DNA from: Clostridia bacterium
Lineage (GTDB): Bacteria > Bacillota > Clostridia > JAAYHZ01
Direction of reading: 5' to 3'
DNA: 64,000 nt
Assembly: GCA_050950825.1 (NCBI GenBank)
Contig: JBMNIH010000007.1
Span: forward strand, 96,001-160,000
The notes beneath the pieces were generated by a model. The model worked only from the letters and a program-made list of their open reading frames with translations, had not been told where the DNA came from and did no database searches. The stretch's first letter is position 1; each line of letters begins with the position of its first letter. Shown here one piece after another: positions 19,041 through 28,844 of the stretch. The position numbers were made by a program, and so were the translations under genes.

Positions 19041-20582
19041 TCATGTTGATTTGCGCGTTATATGTAGGAAAGAGCAGGATTTTGTAGCAATAACGGCAGG
19101 TGTGAATCGATCGGCAACCATGTCGATGGAAACGGTTTGCTTACCGTCTATAATTTGGGCTACGGCAATGGAATCAATCGGAATTTTGTAATCCGATTTC
19201 TTTTCGGCCGGGTCTTCTTCAGAAGCTTCACGGTTGTTAAAATCATCAACCACCGTGATCTTGCTTCGAATCATACCCATCCAGCAGCTATAGGCGAAGG
19301 TTCCGCTTTCCGTCGGAGTAAATTCAATGATGTTGTCGCCGATTTCAAGCCTTTTTACGATATTAAATTTGGGAATCACGATTTCGTTGTTGCATCCGTT
19401 CATATCTTTTTTCTCCGCCTTAATGATCCATTTGACCGGAATTCCTTTTTGAACCGTAATCGGTTCATAGGAACCGGACGAAAGCTTTGTCGTAACGATT
19501 TGCACATTATCCGAAATGTTTGCCACATTCATATTTCGTGCGCTTGTATTTATCTCGGCTGCAAAGGCCGAGAAAGATATGCCGGACAAGCTTATGCCGC
19601 CGGCGAACATGGACACGCCTAATACGATAACCAAAACCGTACTTACGGTCATGATTTTGCGAGTAAACTTTTTGCTTAAAAAGGAGCTTAAGGCTCCTAA
19701 CCCGAACATTAGGGGAACGGTACCCAAACTGAAAAGAAGCATGGATACGGCGCCTTTGATCGGCGAGCCTGTAGAAAGTGCATAAAGCTGCATTGCTTGG
19801 AGAGGGCCGCAGGGCATCAATCCGTTCAGTAGCCCCACATAAAGAGGGCTTTTGCTTTTTTTCCGTTCGTTTATTTTCTTGGCGAAAATTTTCGGCATTC
19901 GAGGGTTGAACTTCCGCAGCCACGGGAATATGTTTAGCATATTAAGACCCATAATGACCATAAAGACGCCTGCAGCAATTTGAACAACACCTTTTAAAGC
20001 TCCGGAGAAACCCGCGACGGAACCGACCGCTCCGACGATCCCGCCTATGATTGTATAGGATAAAACTCTTCCGAGATTGTATAAGAAGCTTGGTGTAAGG
20101 ACGGCAATCTTGCTTAGGGTATTGCTTTTTTGCGTATCTTGCAATACGCATTGGGAAAGATTGATACCGCCGCACATGGCGACGCAATGGAGAGAAGTTA
20201 AAAGACCGATGATAAACAGCATTCCGTAACCGGTTGTTTCTTCCGCCTGAGGGAACGCATTAAAAACGTTAAAAACGCCGAACCGAGATATTATCATATA
20301 CAAAGAAAGCAAAATTATTGCAATTCCTAACGCTTTGGTTAGGCTTGCCCTTTGATTTGCTTTTTCTTTCGTTTCTTTTACTACTTTGTAACCCTGCCCG
20401 TCAATAATTTCGATTATGTTCTCGATACCGATTAAATTTTCATCGTAAGTAATTTCGGCGGTTCCGGATGAATAGCTGACGACAGTATCGATAATCCCTT
20501 TTGTGTTTTTCAGCATTTTTTCGATCCTGTTCTCGCAGTTCACGCATGTCATACCGTCAATTTTCAATATTATCGACTGCAT
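19041..20582 (-). CDS. HMA + DsbD_2/TauE-SafE + cupredoxin heavy-metal protein, apparently C-terminally truncated
   Basis: GMTCVNC, HCVAMCGG, MPCGPLQ and YSCWMGM. A second cupredoxin repeat breaks off after FTPAVI. Confidence 0.88.
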   Translation of the reverse strand: MQSIILKIDGMTCVNCENRIEKMLKNTKGIIDTVVSYSSGTAEITYDENLIGIENIIEIIDGQGYKVVKETKEKANQRASLTKALGIAIILLSLYMIISRFGVFNVFNAFPQAEETTGYGMLFIIGLLTSLHCVAMCGGINLSQCVLQDTQKSNTLSKIAVLTPSFLYNLGRVLSYTIIGGIVGAVGSVAGFSGALKGVVQIAAGVFMVIMGLNMLNIFPWLRKFNPRMPKIFAKKINERKKSKSPLYVGLLNGLMPCGPLQAMQLYALSTGSPIKGAVSMLLFSLGTVPLMFGLGALSSFLSKKFTRKIMTVSTVLVIVLGVSMFAGGISLSGISFSAFAAEINTSARNMNVANISDNVQIVTTKLSSGSYEPITVQKGIPVKWIIKAEKKDMNGCNNEIVIPKFNIVKRLEIGDNIIEFTPTESGTFAYSCWMGMIRSKITVVDDFNNREASEEDPAEKKSDYKIPIDSIAVAQIIDGKQTVSIDMVADRFTPAVIATKSCSFLHITRKST

Positions 20583-20636
20583 AGCTTCCCTTCCTTGCTA
20601 AGATTCCTATGAATACGCATGAATGTTAACAATTAA

Positions 20637-20657
20637 ATGTGGAGATTTTATGGAGAA
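20637..20657 (-). promoter_or_regulatory. Direct repeat, candidate OmpR-type binding site
   Basis: ATGTGGAGAT / TTATGGAGAA at an 11-bp period upstream of the metal operon. Confidence 0.5.
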
Positions 20658-20715
20658 AATGTTGGACGATATAGGAATTTTCAGAGGAAAGAAAGCAAAA
20701 GGACCCGTATGCGGA

Positions 20716-23151
20716 TTACTTTTTCTTTCTTATAATTTGCTTTAAGCCTTTAAAGAACCGGCCGTTGATCATGGTTAGCAAGCCTTCCAATTGATTTTTA
20801 TCGATTATACCGCCCGACATTGTCGCAATATTCCGAAAGGGCAGGCTTAATAAAAACATCACGTTGTCGGCGGCAATCTTTTTTCCTAAAAGCTTTAAAA
20901 TTTTATGAGAAAATATAAGAAGTCCGTAGAGCATCTTCCCGAACAGGCCGTAATATCGAGCTTGTTCTATTAAATCATCGGCGTCCAATTGCTTCCCTTT
21001 TTCCGGCAGGGAAGAGGGGAGTTTTTCACCGAGGAGCCTTTCAAAATCTTCGGTTGTCAAACCTGCCAAGGATTTCCCGGTTACGTAGGGAGTATTCTCC
21101 AACCCCTCGTATGGGTTTTCAACGGTTTCTCCTTTAACGGTAACGACGGTTTTAAGGCGAATATCCCGGGAAGAAGCGCCGACGCCGATTTCATATTTTC
21201 CCGATTCGGTAACAAAGCGCCCGAGCTTGACATGGTAGTAGGAAAAAGCATATTCGTCCAAGAAAATGTCCACCTGTTTTGCTTCACCGGGAAGAAGGGC
21301 GACTTTGGCAAAGCCCTTTAAAGCTTTTTTCTCACGAAATACCTTCGGTTGGAGGGAAGATACATACAGCTGTACGATTTCTTCTCCGAAACAAGGACCG
21401 GTATTTCGAAGGGTAACCGTTACCTTATTGCCGTTAACGGACAAATTTTCATACCGGAAAGTCGTATAAGACAAACCGTGTCCGAAAGGAAACAGTACTT
21501 CCTTTTCCTCATAATCGTATTGGCGATAACCGACGAATATACTTTCCCTATGCTCGGAGGTTAAAATCTCCCCGGGAAAATAAGGGGAAGAGGCCACATC
21601 GGAGTAACGCAACGGATAGGTTTCCGCCAATTTGCCGGAAGGATTGTTTTCTCCCGTTATGGTTCGAGCAAGAGCTTCGCCGCCTCCTTGTCCCGAAAGA
21701 TACCCGTGCAAAATGACGGGCACCTTGGACGCAAATGGCATTTCCACCGGAGCACCGCATGCCAATACAACCACAACTTGACGATGGAAGGAGGTGAGGG
21801 CCTCCGCCAAAGCCAATTGGTTGTCGGAAAGTCTCATATTTTTTCGATCCCAACCTTCCGATTCACTGTTTTCGTCCAAGCCCGGATACAATATGACGAT
21901 GTCCGCCTTTCTCGCAAGATCCAGCGCCTTTTTCATTAGGCGCTTGCTTTTGCCGCCAAATCGTTTGTATCCTTTCTCGTAGCCGATCACATTTAAGTCC
22001 GTGTTTTTCACGGCATCAAGGAAGCTTACAAGCCTTGTAGGGCGTACCAAAGAGCTTCCCGCTCCTTGGTAGCGAGGAGTTTCGGCAAAATCCCCAATAA
22101 TCGCAACTTTTTTATTCCGGTCGGTAATGGGAAGAAGATTCCCGTCATTTTTTAGAAGCACCAAGGATTTGCAAGCCGCTTTAACGGCTATCTTGTGATT
22201 TTCTTCATGAAGAGTCGATTTATCCGGAACGAGTTCTCTTTTAGGAGACGATCCGAATCCTTGGTAACCCGTTTTTTCGATTAGCGTTAACAGTTTGTCT
22301 ACCTGCTCATCCAAAATCGATTCATCGATAAGCCCCTTTGCAACCGCTTCCTCGATTTCCTTATCCGTCATTCCTCCGGCGGAAGGCATCTCCAGCGTAC
22401 TGCCTGCCGTCAATGCCGCAACTCGGTCATGGTTTCCTCCCCAGTCCGAAATCACCGTACCTGAAAATCCCCATTCGCCTATAAGGATATCCTTTAACAG
22501 CCGGGTATTCTCGTTAGCATACTCTCCGTTCACTTTATTGTATGCCGTCATAATGGTCAAAGGCTTCGCTTCCTGAACGACGCGGCGGAATCCTTCCAAG
22601 TAGATTTCCCTCAGTGCCCGCTCATCCACCCGTTCGTCCACCTGCATTCTTCTTGTTTCTTGGCTGTTGACCGCATAGTGTTTGGGGCATGCGGCTACTC
22701 CTTCTTTTTGAATTCCTCTTGTCAAAGCGGCGGCTAATTTTCCGGTTAAATAGGGATCTTCCGAAAAATACTCGAAATTCCTTCCGGCTAAAGGATTGCG
22801 TTTAATGTTAAGTCCGGGCCCTAGAAGAACGCTGACCTTCTCCGCATACGCTTCTTTTCCTAAGCATCTTCCAACATCTTCCAGAAGGCTTGTATCCCAG
22901 CTGTTAGCCAAAGCGGCCGCCGTAGGGAAGCAGGTAGCCGGAATACTCTTGTTAAGTCCCAAATGATCTTCTTTCCCTCCTTGCTTTCGCAGGCCGTGGG
23001 GGCCGTCCGTAAGCATAATGGAAGGAATGCCGAGCCGGTCTACGGACTTTGTGTTCCAAAAGTTCGCACCGGACATTAAAGACGCTTTTTCCGATAAGGT
23101 CATTTGGCGAATGATCTTTTCAAATTTTAACGGAATCTTTTTTTCACCCAT
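20716..23151 (-). CDS. GH3 beta-glucosidase
   Basis: TDGPHG, GRNFEYFSEDP, KHY, SDWG and FPFGHGLSY. Confidence 0.93.
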   Translation of the reverse strand: MGEKKIPLKFEKIIRQMTLSEKASLMSGANFWNTKSVDRLGIPSIMLTDGPHGLRKQGGKEDHLGLNKSIPATCFPTAAALANSWDTSLLEDVGRCLGKEAYAEKVSVLLGPGLNIKRNPLAGRNFEYFSEDPYLTGKLAAALTRGIQKEGVAACPKHYAVNSQETRRMQVDERVDERALREIYLEGFRRVVQEAKPLTIMTAYNKVNGEYANENTRLLKDILIGEWGFSGTVISDWGGNHDRVAALTAGSTLEMPSAGGMTDKEIEEAVAKGLIDESILDEQVDKLLTLIEKTGYQGFGSSPKRELVPDKSTLHEENHKIAVKAACKSLVLLKNDGNLLPITDRNKKVAIIGDFAETPRYQGAGSSLVRPTRLVSFLDAVKNTDLNVIGYEKGYKRFGGKSKRLMKKALDLARKADIVILYPGLDENSESEGWDRKNMRLSDNQLALAEALTSFHRQVVVVLACGAPVEMPFASKVPVILHGYLSGQGGGEALARTITGENNPSGKLAETYPLRYSDVASSPYFPGEILTSEHRESIFVGYRQYDYEEKEVLFPFGHGLSYTTFRYENLSVNGNKVTVTLRNTGPCFGEEIVQLYVSSLQPKVFREKKALKGFAKVALLPGEAKQVDIFLDEYAFSYYHVKLGRFVTESGKYEIGVGASSRDIRLKTVVTVKGETVENPYEGLENTPYVTGKSLAGLTTEDFERLLGEKLPSSLPEKGKQLDADDLIEQARYYGLFGKMLYGLLIFSHKILKLLGKKIAADNVMFLLSLPFRNIATMSGGIIDKNQLEGLLTMINGRFFKGLKQIIRKKK

Positions 23152-23213
23152 TAAACATCACCCGGATCATTATACTTCTGCTTTTACATTACCATATTTT
23201 TTACCCTATGAAC

Positions 23214-23460
23214 CTACTTTTTCGAAATAGGGACCCACAGCTCATCCTTGACTTTGTGTCCGTGTCCTAAAAAATGCGCAATGCAAGGCAGACGAGAAAG
23301 CTCATAGCCGGATAAAAAAGAGCCATTCCGAACATATCCTTTTCCAAGCCTCGGTAACATTGGAAAATCCGGCATAGGTAAAGGGCGGAATGATCCGCTC
23401 ATACCGTTGGGCACATCGAGATCGTATCGCGCCTCCATAAAGTAATCGAATTCTTCATCC
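23214..23460 (-). pseudogene. GyrI-like effector-binding domain remnant
   Basis: DEEFDYFM..VPNGM and SGYE..LPCI..ELWVPISKK. Confidence 0.55.
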
Positions 23461-23479
23461 GAAACGGCCTCCCTGTTCC

Positions 23480-23702
23480 CGCAAGCTATGCCAAGCTAAT
23501 GGGTTATGACGTGACGGCTGCGGCTGACCTTAACAAGTTCAGCGATGCCGACCAAATCAGCGGTTATGCAAGACATGGCATGGGCGAACACCAAGGGCTT
23601 GATTAACGGCAGGGGCAATGGCATCCTTGATCCGCAGGGTAAGGCTACCCGTGCAGAGACTGTGGGATCTTGCATCGCTTCTGCGAGAATGTCGTAAAAT
23701 AA
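23480..23702 (+). pseudogene. Frameshifted C-terminal SLH-domain fragment
   Basis: YAKLMGYDV..FSDADQISGYA / MAWANTKGLINGRGNGILDPQGKATRAE / ILHRFCENVVK*, read across different frames. Confidence 0.8.
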
Positions 23703-23796
23703 CAATTACCGCTATAATATGCCATAAAGAAAGCATCCCGTTTCAATTAAAAGGGAGAATAGCAAAATAAGATGAAACGAAGAAAAACCAAAAAAA

Positions 23797-23836
23797 TAAA
23801 AGCCTTAAAATCACAACACTTTTAAGGCTTTTATTT
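23797..23836 (-). terminator. Hairpin immediately 3' of tRNA-Ala
   Basis: AAAAGCCTTAAAA..TTTTAAGGCTTTT. Confidence 0.6.
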
Positions 23837-23912
<76 letters not shown>

Positions 23913-24047
23913 ATGAAATTGCACACGACATATTGTAAACAAAAATCGCCGACAAGTCAATATATTTTTCGGGAATATTTCTGTTTGCCGGTTAAACCCA
24001 TGGTATAATAGGGCGAGAAAAGGACGTTTCGAAAAGAGGTATTTTCC

Positions 24048-25859
24048 ATGAACATCATATATATTCACACCCATGACTTAGGGATATACAACCAAGCATA
24101 CGGATACAACGTTCCTACGCCCAATATATACGACTTTGCAAAGGAAGGCACGTTGTTTCGACGCAATTATTGCGTGAACCCTACATGCTCCGCCAGCAGA
24201 GCGGCCATGCTGACGGGGGAGACGCCCCACCAATGCGGGATGACCGGCTTGGCACATCGAGGGTTTTCTTTAAACAATCCCAAAAAGCATTTGGCAAACT
24301 TCTTAAAGGAGCACGGCTACGAAACGGTTTTGTGCGGCGTTCAGCATGAGATTGCGCAAAAGGGAAGGTATTGGGAAACACTAGGATACGAACATTTCTT
24401 GCAGGGAAAAGAAGAAGCAAAGCCTTTCAACGGTTTTGTGAATCAAGATATGAAAAACGCGGAAGCGGTTGTGGAATACATTGAAAACAGAAAGAAAGAC
24501 AAGCCTTTGTTCTTGTCCTTCGGTATGGCCGGAACTCACCGAAAATATATCGAAGCGGATATGGGAATCGATCCGAACTATATTTCCGTTCCTTATCCCC
24601 TTTACGATACGGAGGATACAAGAAAAGACTTTGCTCAATTTATGGCCTCTGCAATGGTGATGGACTATTGTGCAGGCCTTGTGTTTGACGCATTAAAGAG
24701 AAACGGTTACCAAGAGGATTCCTTTATCTTCTTTACAACGGATCATGGAATCGCTTTTCCTCGAATGAAATGCAATCTTTACGACAGCGGCATTCATGTT
24801 TCCCTCATTATTCAATGTCCCGATAACCGGCTAAAAGGAAAAGCGGTTGATTCCTTAACGTCCCATTTGGATATCTTTCCTACCGTATGCGATTACGCCG
24901 GGCTTGAAAAACCGGATCGATTGGTAGGAAAATCTTTAATGCCTCTTCTTCAAAACCAAAGGGATAAGGTTCGAGAAGAAATTTTTGCGGAAATAAACTA
25001 CCATGCCGCTTACGAACCCGTAAGGTGTATTCGGACCGAACGCTTTAAATATATTAAATACTACGGTACCTACGAAAAAATCGTAGCTCCGAATTGCGAT
25101 AACGGTCTTACCAAACGATTCATGGTAAACAACGGTTGGCTGAAGGAAGACCATTTGAGAGAAGGGCTTTTTGATTTGTATCTGAACCCGGGAGAACGGG
25201 TGAATCTTATAGATCGGCCGGAATATGCGGAAATATTGCAGGATTTGAAGAATAGATTAAATGAATATATGATATCAACGGAGGATCCCTTGCTGAAGGG
25301 AGATATTCCTTTCCCCGAAGGCGGAAAAACGGATAAAATTTATAAAATCGGACCGGATTACAGGCCGAAGGTATCCTTGATTGCGGCCATGTCTAAAAAT
25401 TACGTTATCGGAATGGATGAAAAGATACCTTGGAGAATTCCCGGAGAGCAAAAAAGGTTTAAGGAGCTTACCATGGGTAAGACCATTATATTAGGGCGTA
25501 AGACCCACGAATCCATCGGGCGGCCTCTTCCCGGCAGAAAAACCATCGTAATATCAAGAAGCAAAAACTTCGACGGTCCTAACTGCATCACCGTAGAATC
25601 GTTGTACGATGCCTTGCTTCTGGCAAAGGACGAAGAGGAGGTCTTCATCGCCGGCGGAGGAAGGGTGTATGAAGAAGCCTTGCCGTTCGCCGACTGCATT
25701 TATTTAACGGTTATCGATCGAGAATACGACGGCAATGTGTTTTTCCCGAAATTTAACATGGAACTTTTTGAAAAAACCTATGAAGAAAGAATGGAAGGTG
25801 AAATACCTTATACTTACTATACTTTGAATCGTAAAAACGATAGGATTTCTTGCGTTTAA
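24048..25859 (+). CDS. Sulfatase fused to dihydrofolate reductase
   Basis: CSASR..LTG and TTDHG (sulfatase); SLIAAMSKNYVIG..IPW..GRKT..PLPGR..AGGG (DHFR). Confidence 0.9.
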   Translation: MNIIYIHTHDLGIYNQAYGYNVPTPNIYDFAKEGTLFRRNYCVNPTCSASRAAMLTGETPHQCGMTGLAHRGFSLNNPKKHLANFLKEHGYETVLCGVQHEIAQKGRYWETLGYEHFLQGKEEAKPFNGFVNQDMKNAEAVVEYIENRKKDKPLFLSFGMAGTHRKYIEADMGIDPNYISVPYPLYDTEDTRKDFAQFMASAMVMDYCAGLVFDALKRNGYQEDSFIFFTTDHGIAFPRMKCNLYDSGIHVSLIIQCPDNRLKGKAVDSLTSHLDIFPTVCDYAGLEKPDRLVGKSLMPLLQNQRDKVREEIFAEINYHAAYEPVRCIRTERFKYIKYYGTYEKIVAPNCDNGLTKRFMVNNGWLKEDHLREGLFDLYLNPGERVNLIDRPEYAEILQDLKNRLNEYMISTEDPLLKGDIPFPEGGKTDKIYKIGPDYRPKVSLIAAMSKNYVIGMDEKIPWRIPGEQKRFKELTMGKTIILGRKTHESIGRPLPGRKTIVISRSKNFDGPNCITVESLYDALLLAKDEEEVFIAGGGRVYEEALPFADCIYLTVIDREYDGNVFFPKFNMELFEKTYEERMEGEIPYTYYTLNRKNDRISCV

Positions 25860-25890
25860 GGCTTAAAAAGACTTTTTCACGGTGTTTTTC

Positions 25891-25920
25891 GCATAAAAAA
25901 AAAGAAAGGAACAAATACTA
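25891..25920 (+). promoter_or_regulatory. SigG-type forespore promoter
   Basis: GCATA-18 nt-AATACTA upstream of the coat genes. Confidence 0.55.
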
Positions 25921-25954
25921 ATGGTTGAAAAACACTATGAAAGGAGTCGTTTAA

Positions 25955-26140
25955 ATGACACAATTAAATGAACTCGAACTGCAGAATCTAAGACACCTCA
26001 TCGGTACCCACGAGACGGCTTATCAAAAACTGAATGCCTATGCCAATCAGTGTACCGACCCTCAGATAAAGGCGATGTTTGCAAAAGCCGCGCAAGACGC
26101 TTTACAAAGCAAGCAAAAACTAATGTCGTTTTTAGGATAA
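25955..26140 (+). CDS. Small spore-associated protein (ferritin-like helix pair)
   Basis: Strong RBS; ELQNLRHLI..YANQCTDPQIK pattern. Confidence 0.7.
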   Translation: MTQLNELELQNLRHLIGTHETAYQKLNAYANQCTDPQIKAMFAKAAQDALQSKQKLMSFLG

Positions 26141-26158
26141 AGAAAGGATGGTAAGAAT

Positions 26159-26404
26159 ATGACGGAAAAAGATATGGTCAATGACGTGTTGACACAGTTA
26201 AAAAGCAGTTTAACGGGATATCAGAACGTTATCTCCGAAGCATGCAATCAGCAATTTCGTCAAGAAATCAAGACAATGAGAGATAACTGCGAGAAGTTCC
26301 ATTATGATTTATACAATATTGCGGAACAAAAGGGGTATTATCAACCTGCAGGACCGGCAAACCAAAGCGAAGTACAAAGGATTAAAAATTCGTTTGTTTC
26401 TTAA
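26159..26404 (+). CDS. Spore coat protein (Coat F domain)
   Basis: MTEKDMVND..ISE..N..R..QKGYY. Confidence 0.8.
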   Translation: MTEKDMVNDVLTQLKSSLTGYQNVISEACNQQFRQEIKTMRDNCEKFHYDLYNIAEQKGYYQPAGPANQSEVQRIKNSFVS

Positions 26405-26436
26405 GAGACATCAAATGTTTCTTTCATAAGATATTT

Positions 26437-26472
26437 AAAAAACAAAGCGGCTAATAAGTCGCTTTGTTTTTT
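26437..26472 (+). terminator. Intrinsic terminator
   Basis: AAACAAAGCG..CGCTTTGTTTTTT. Confidence 0.75.
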
Positions 26473-26679
26473 GATATATTGCTATAGCTTTTTTCTCATA
26501 AAAATACACCAATATTGGTAGGCGGGTTTCATATCATGCATAATATCGACTTCTTAACAAAAAGTGTTTGGAATTTACCATCCGCTATGGTAACATATAA
26601 CTGTGACAGTTATATTTAAATGTAGGTATTATCAATTCTTTTTATTGCAATCATTACATCATTCTATTGGAGGTCGCTT

Positions 26680-27612
26680 ATGCAAATTCGGGGAAAATTG
26701 GAAGAAGTGGTCAAAAATGTGGAGAAAGTGATTATCGGCAAGAAGGATGCCATTGAATTGTTGCTGATATCCTTGCTGTGTGAAGGACATGTGCTTATCG
26801 AAGATGTGCCCGGAGTCGGAAAGACGTCTTTAGTGTCTGCACTGGCAAGATCGTTAGATTTGGAATTCGGCCGTATACAGTTCACACCGGATATATTGCC
26901 TTCGGATATTACGGGGATCAATATTTACAATCGTAAAACCGGTGAATTCGAATTTCGTCCGGGAGCCGCTATGTCCAATATCCTATTGGCGGATGAAATC
27001 AACCGAACCACCCCGAAAACCCAGTCCAGCTTGCTGGAAATCATGGAAGAAAGGCAAGCAACGGTAGACGGAGTAACGTACAAAATGAAAACGCCTTTTA
27101 TGGTTCTCGCCACACAAAACCCCATCGATTATTTAGGTACATACCCGCTTCCCGAAGCCCAATTGGACCGATTCTTCATGAAAATCAAGATCGGATATCC
27201 CGGAATGGACGAGGAGGTCAAGATCATTAAAAGATTCCAAAGAGAAAATCCCTTGGCTTCTTTAGAGCCGGTGGTGAATAAATCGGAGGTTTTGGAAATG
27301 CAGAAAGCCTTAACCGACGTTATTATTAAGGATGAAATTGAGGAGTATATCGCAAAAATCATAAGAGAAACTCGTGCAAATTCCGACATCCAGTTAGGTG
27401 TAAGTCCCCGAGGCGGAATCAGCTTGGCAAAAGCATCCAAGGCCAAAGCCTTGTATGAAGGCAGAAATTACGTAATTCCGGACGATGTGAAAAAGATGGT
27501 CGTACCGGTATTAGCCCATAGAATCATCGTAAAACCTCAAAGCAGCTTGAAAGGCTTGACGGTAAACGGAATACTCGGAAATATTCTTGAGACGGTTCCT
27601 GTTCCTCGATAA
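26680..27612 (+). CDS. MoxR-family AAA+ ATPase
   Basis: EDVPGVGKT, RIQFTPD, DEINR, ATQNP and PEAQLDRF. Confidence 0.95.
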   Translation: MQIRGKLEEVVKNVEKVIIGKKDAIELLLISLLCEGHVLIEDVPGVGKTSLVSALARSLDLEFGRIQFTPDILPSDITGINIYNRKTGEFEFRPGAAMSNILLADEINRTTPKTQSSLLEIMEERQATVDGVTYKMKTPFMVLATQNPIDYLGTYPLPEAQLDRFFMKIKIGYPGMDEEVKIIKRFQRENPLASLEPVVNKSEVLEMQKALTDVIIKDEIEEYIAKIIRETRANSDIQLGVSPRGGISLAKASKAKALYEGRNYVIPDDVKKMVVPVLAHRIIVKPQSSLKGLTVNGILGNILETVPVPR

Positions 27613-27634
27613 TTCTTCGAAAGGGAGTGGCACC

Positions 27635-28834
27635 GTGATTAAAAAAATATTATATGTTTTAATTTTTCTGATCGTTCTGTTTTGTGCATTTTATACGAAC
27701 AGCGACGAGCTGTACATGTGGATGTATATCCTTCTCGGTGTTCCCTTGTTATCCTTTGCTCTTTTAGGTATCGCATCTCTAAGGCTGAAGTATACCGAAA
27801 GCATTGACAACAAAACCGTAACGCGAGGAGATAACGTAAATTATCGACTGAAAATCCATAATGAAGATTTCTTCATGTATCCCTTTGTACAAACCCACTT
27901 TTACGTGGACCATTATATCAGCCGTGAGCTGTTTCAAACCGGATACTACTTTCTCTTTCCTCGTAAGGAGTACGTGATCGAAAAGGGAATTCCCTGCAGT
28001 CATATCGGACAATTTAATATCGGAATCAAGGAATTTCGATTGACGGACTATTTCGGGTTCTTTACTTTAAAAACCGCGGAAAAAACCTCCGTGAAAAGCA
28101 TCCGTGTGCTGCCAAAGATCCATTATATCCCTCGATTTTCGTCGGTACAGGGAAACGTGGAAGAAAAGGTTTCCATATCCGGTGAAAAAGGAGTTCTGGA
28201 GGACTACACCGAAATCGAAGCCATCGACGAATACAAGCCCGGTGTTCCTTTTAAAAAGGTCCACTGGAAGGTTTCTGCGGCAAAAGACAAGTTGATGGTA
28301 AAGGAATTTGCCCATCCTAACGATTTATCCGTCAGTATGTTTGTGGACATCGACACCGGGAATTACAAGGAAGAGGATAAGCTGATCGCAAGCGATATTG
28401 TATTGGAATCGGCTCTTTCCATTGCTCATTACTTCGTTAATAACAACATTACCTGCAAAATCATGATGAACGATATGGATATGACGGACCGCACCGTCGC
28501 CGACAAGAAAGATTTTGAAGGCTATTACGATTTCATGTCGATTCTGAACATGGACCAATGGCTGTCCTTTGAAGATATTATGCGCAACTACTATACGCGC
28601 TACTTTGCTTCAAGAGACGCCATTATCGTATCCGGTCGATTGTCCGAGGACTTGATGGACTTGATCGTCGAGTTAAAAATGGCGGGAATCAATGTGGTGC
28701 TCATTACTCCGGTTTTAGGCTCGCCCGAGGAGAAAAGAAAGACCTTAACCAGTATCAGCATTCTACGAGATAAGAAAATAACCGTGTTTGATTTGTCCTC
28801 GGCCGACGATATTGGTTCGGTTTTGCATTCATAA
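27635..28834 (+). CDS. DUF58 domain protein
   Basis: EYKPG..KKVHWK.SA..LMVKEF; follows MoxR; GTG start after the RBS. Confidence 0.85.
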   Translation: MIKKILYVLIFLIVLFCAFYTNSDELYMWMYILLGVPLLSFALLGIASLRLKYTESIDNKTVTRGDNVNYRLKIHNEDFFMYPFVQTHFYVDHYISRELFQTGYYFLFPRKEYVIEKGIPCSHIGQFNIGIKEFRLTDYFGFFTLKTAEKTSVKSIRVLPKIHYIPRFSSVQGNVEEKVSISGEKGVLEDYTEIEAIDEYKPGVPFKKVHWKVSAAKDKLMVKEFAHPNDLSVSMFVDIDTGNYKEEDKLIASDIVLESALSIAHYFVNNNITCKIMMNDMDMTDRTVADKKDFEGYYDFMSILNMDQWLSFEDIMRNYYTRYFASRDAIIVSGRLSEDLMDLIVELKMAGINVVLITPVLGSPEEKRKTLTSISILRDKKITVFDLSSADDIGSVLHS

Positions 28835-28844
28835 GGAGGAAAGT

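Noticed and set aside
3585-23836. Intact integrative element at tRNA-Ala
   Set aside because: No integrase, conjugation or phage genes and no att duplication were found.
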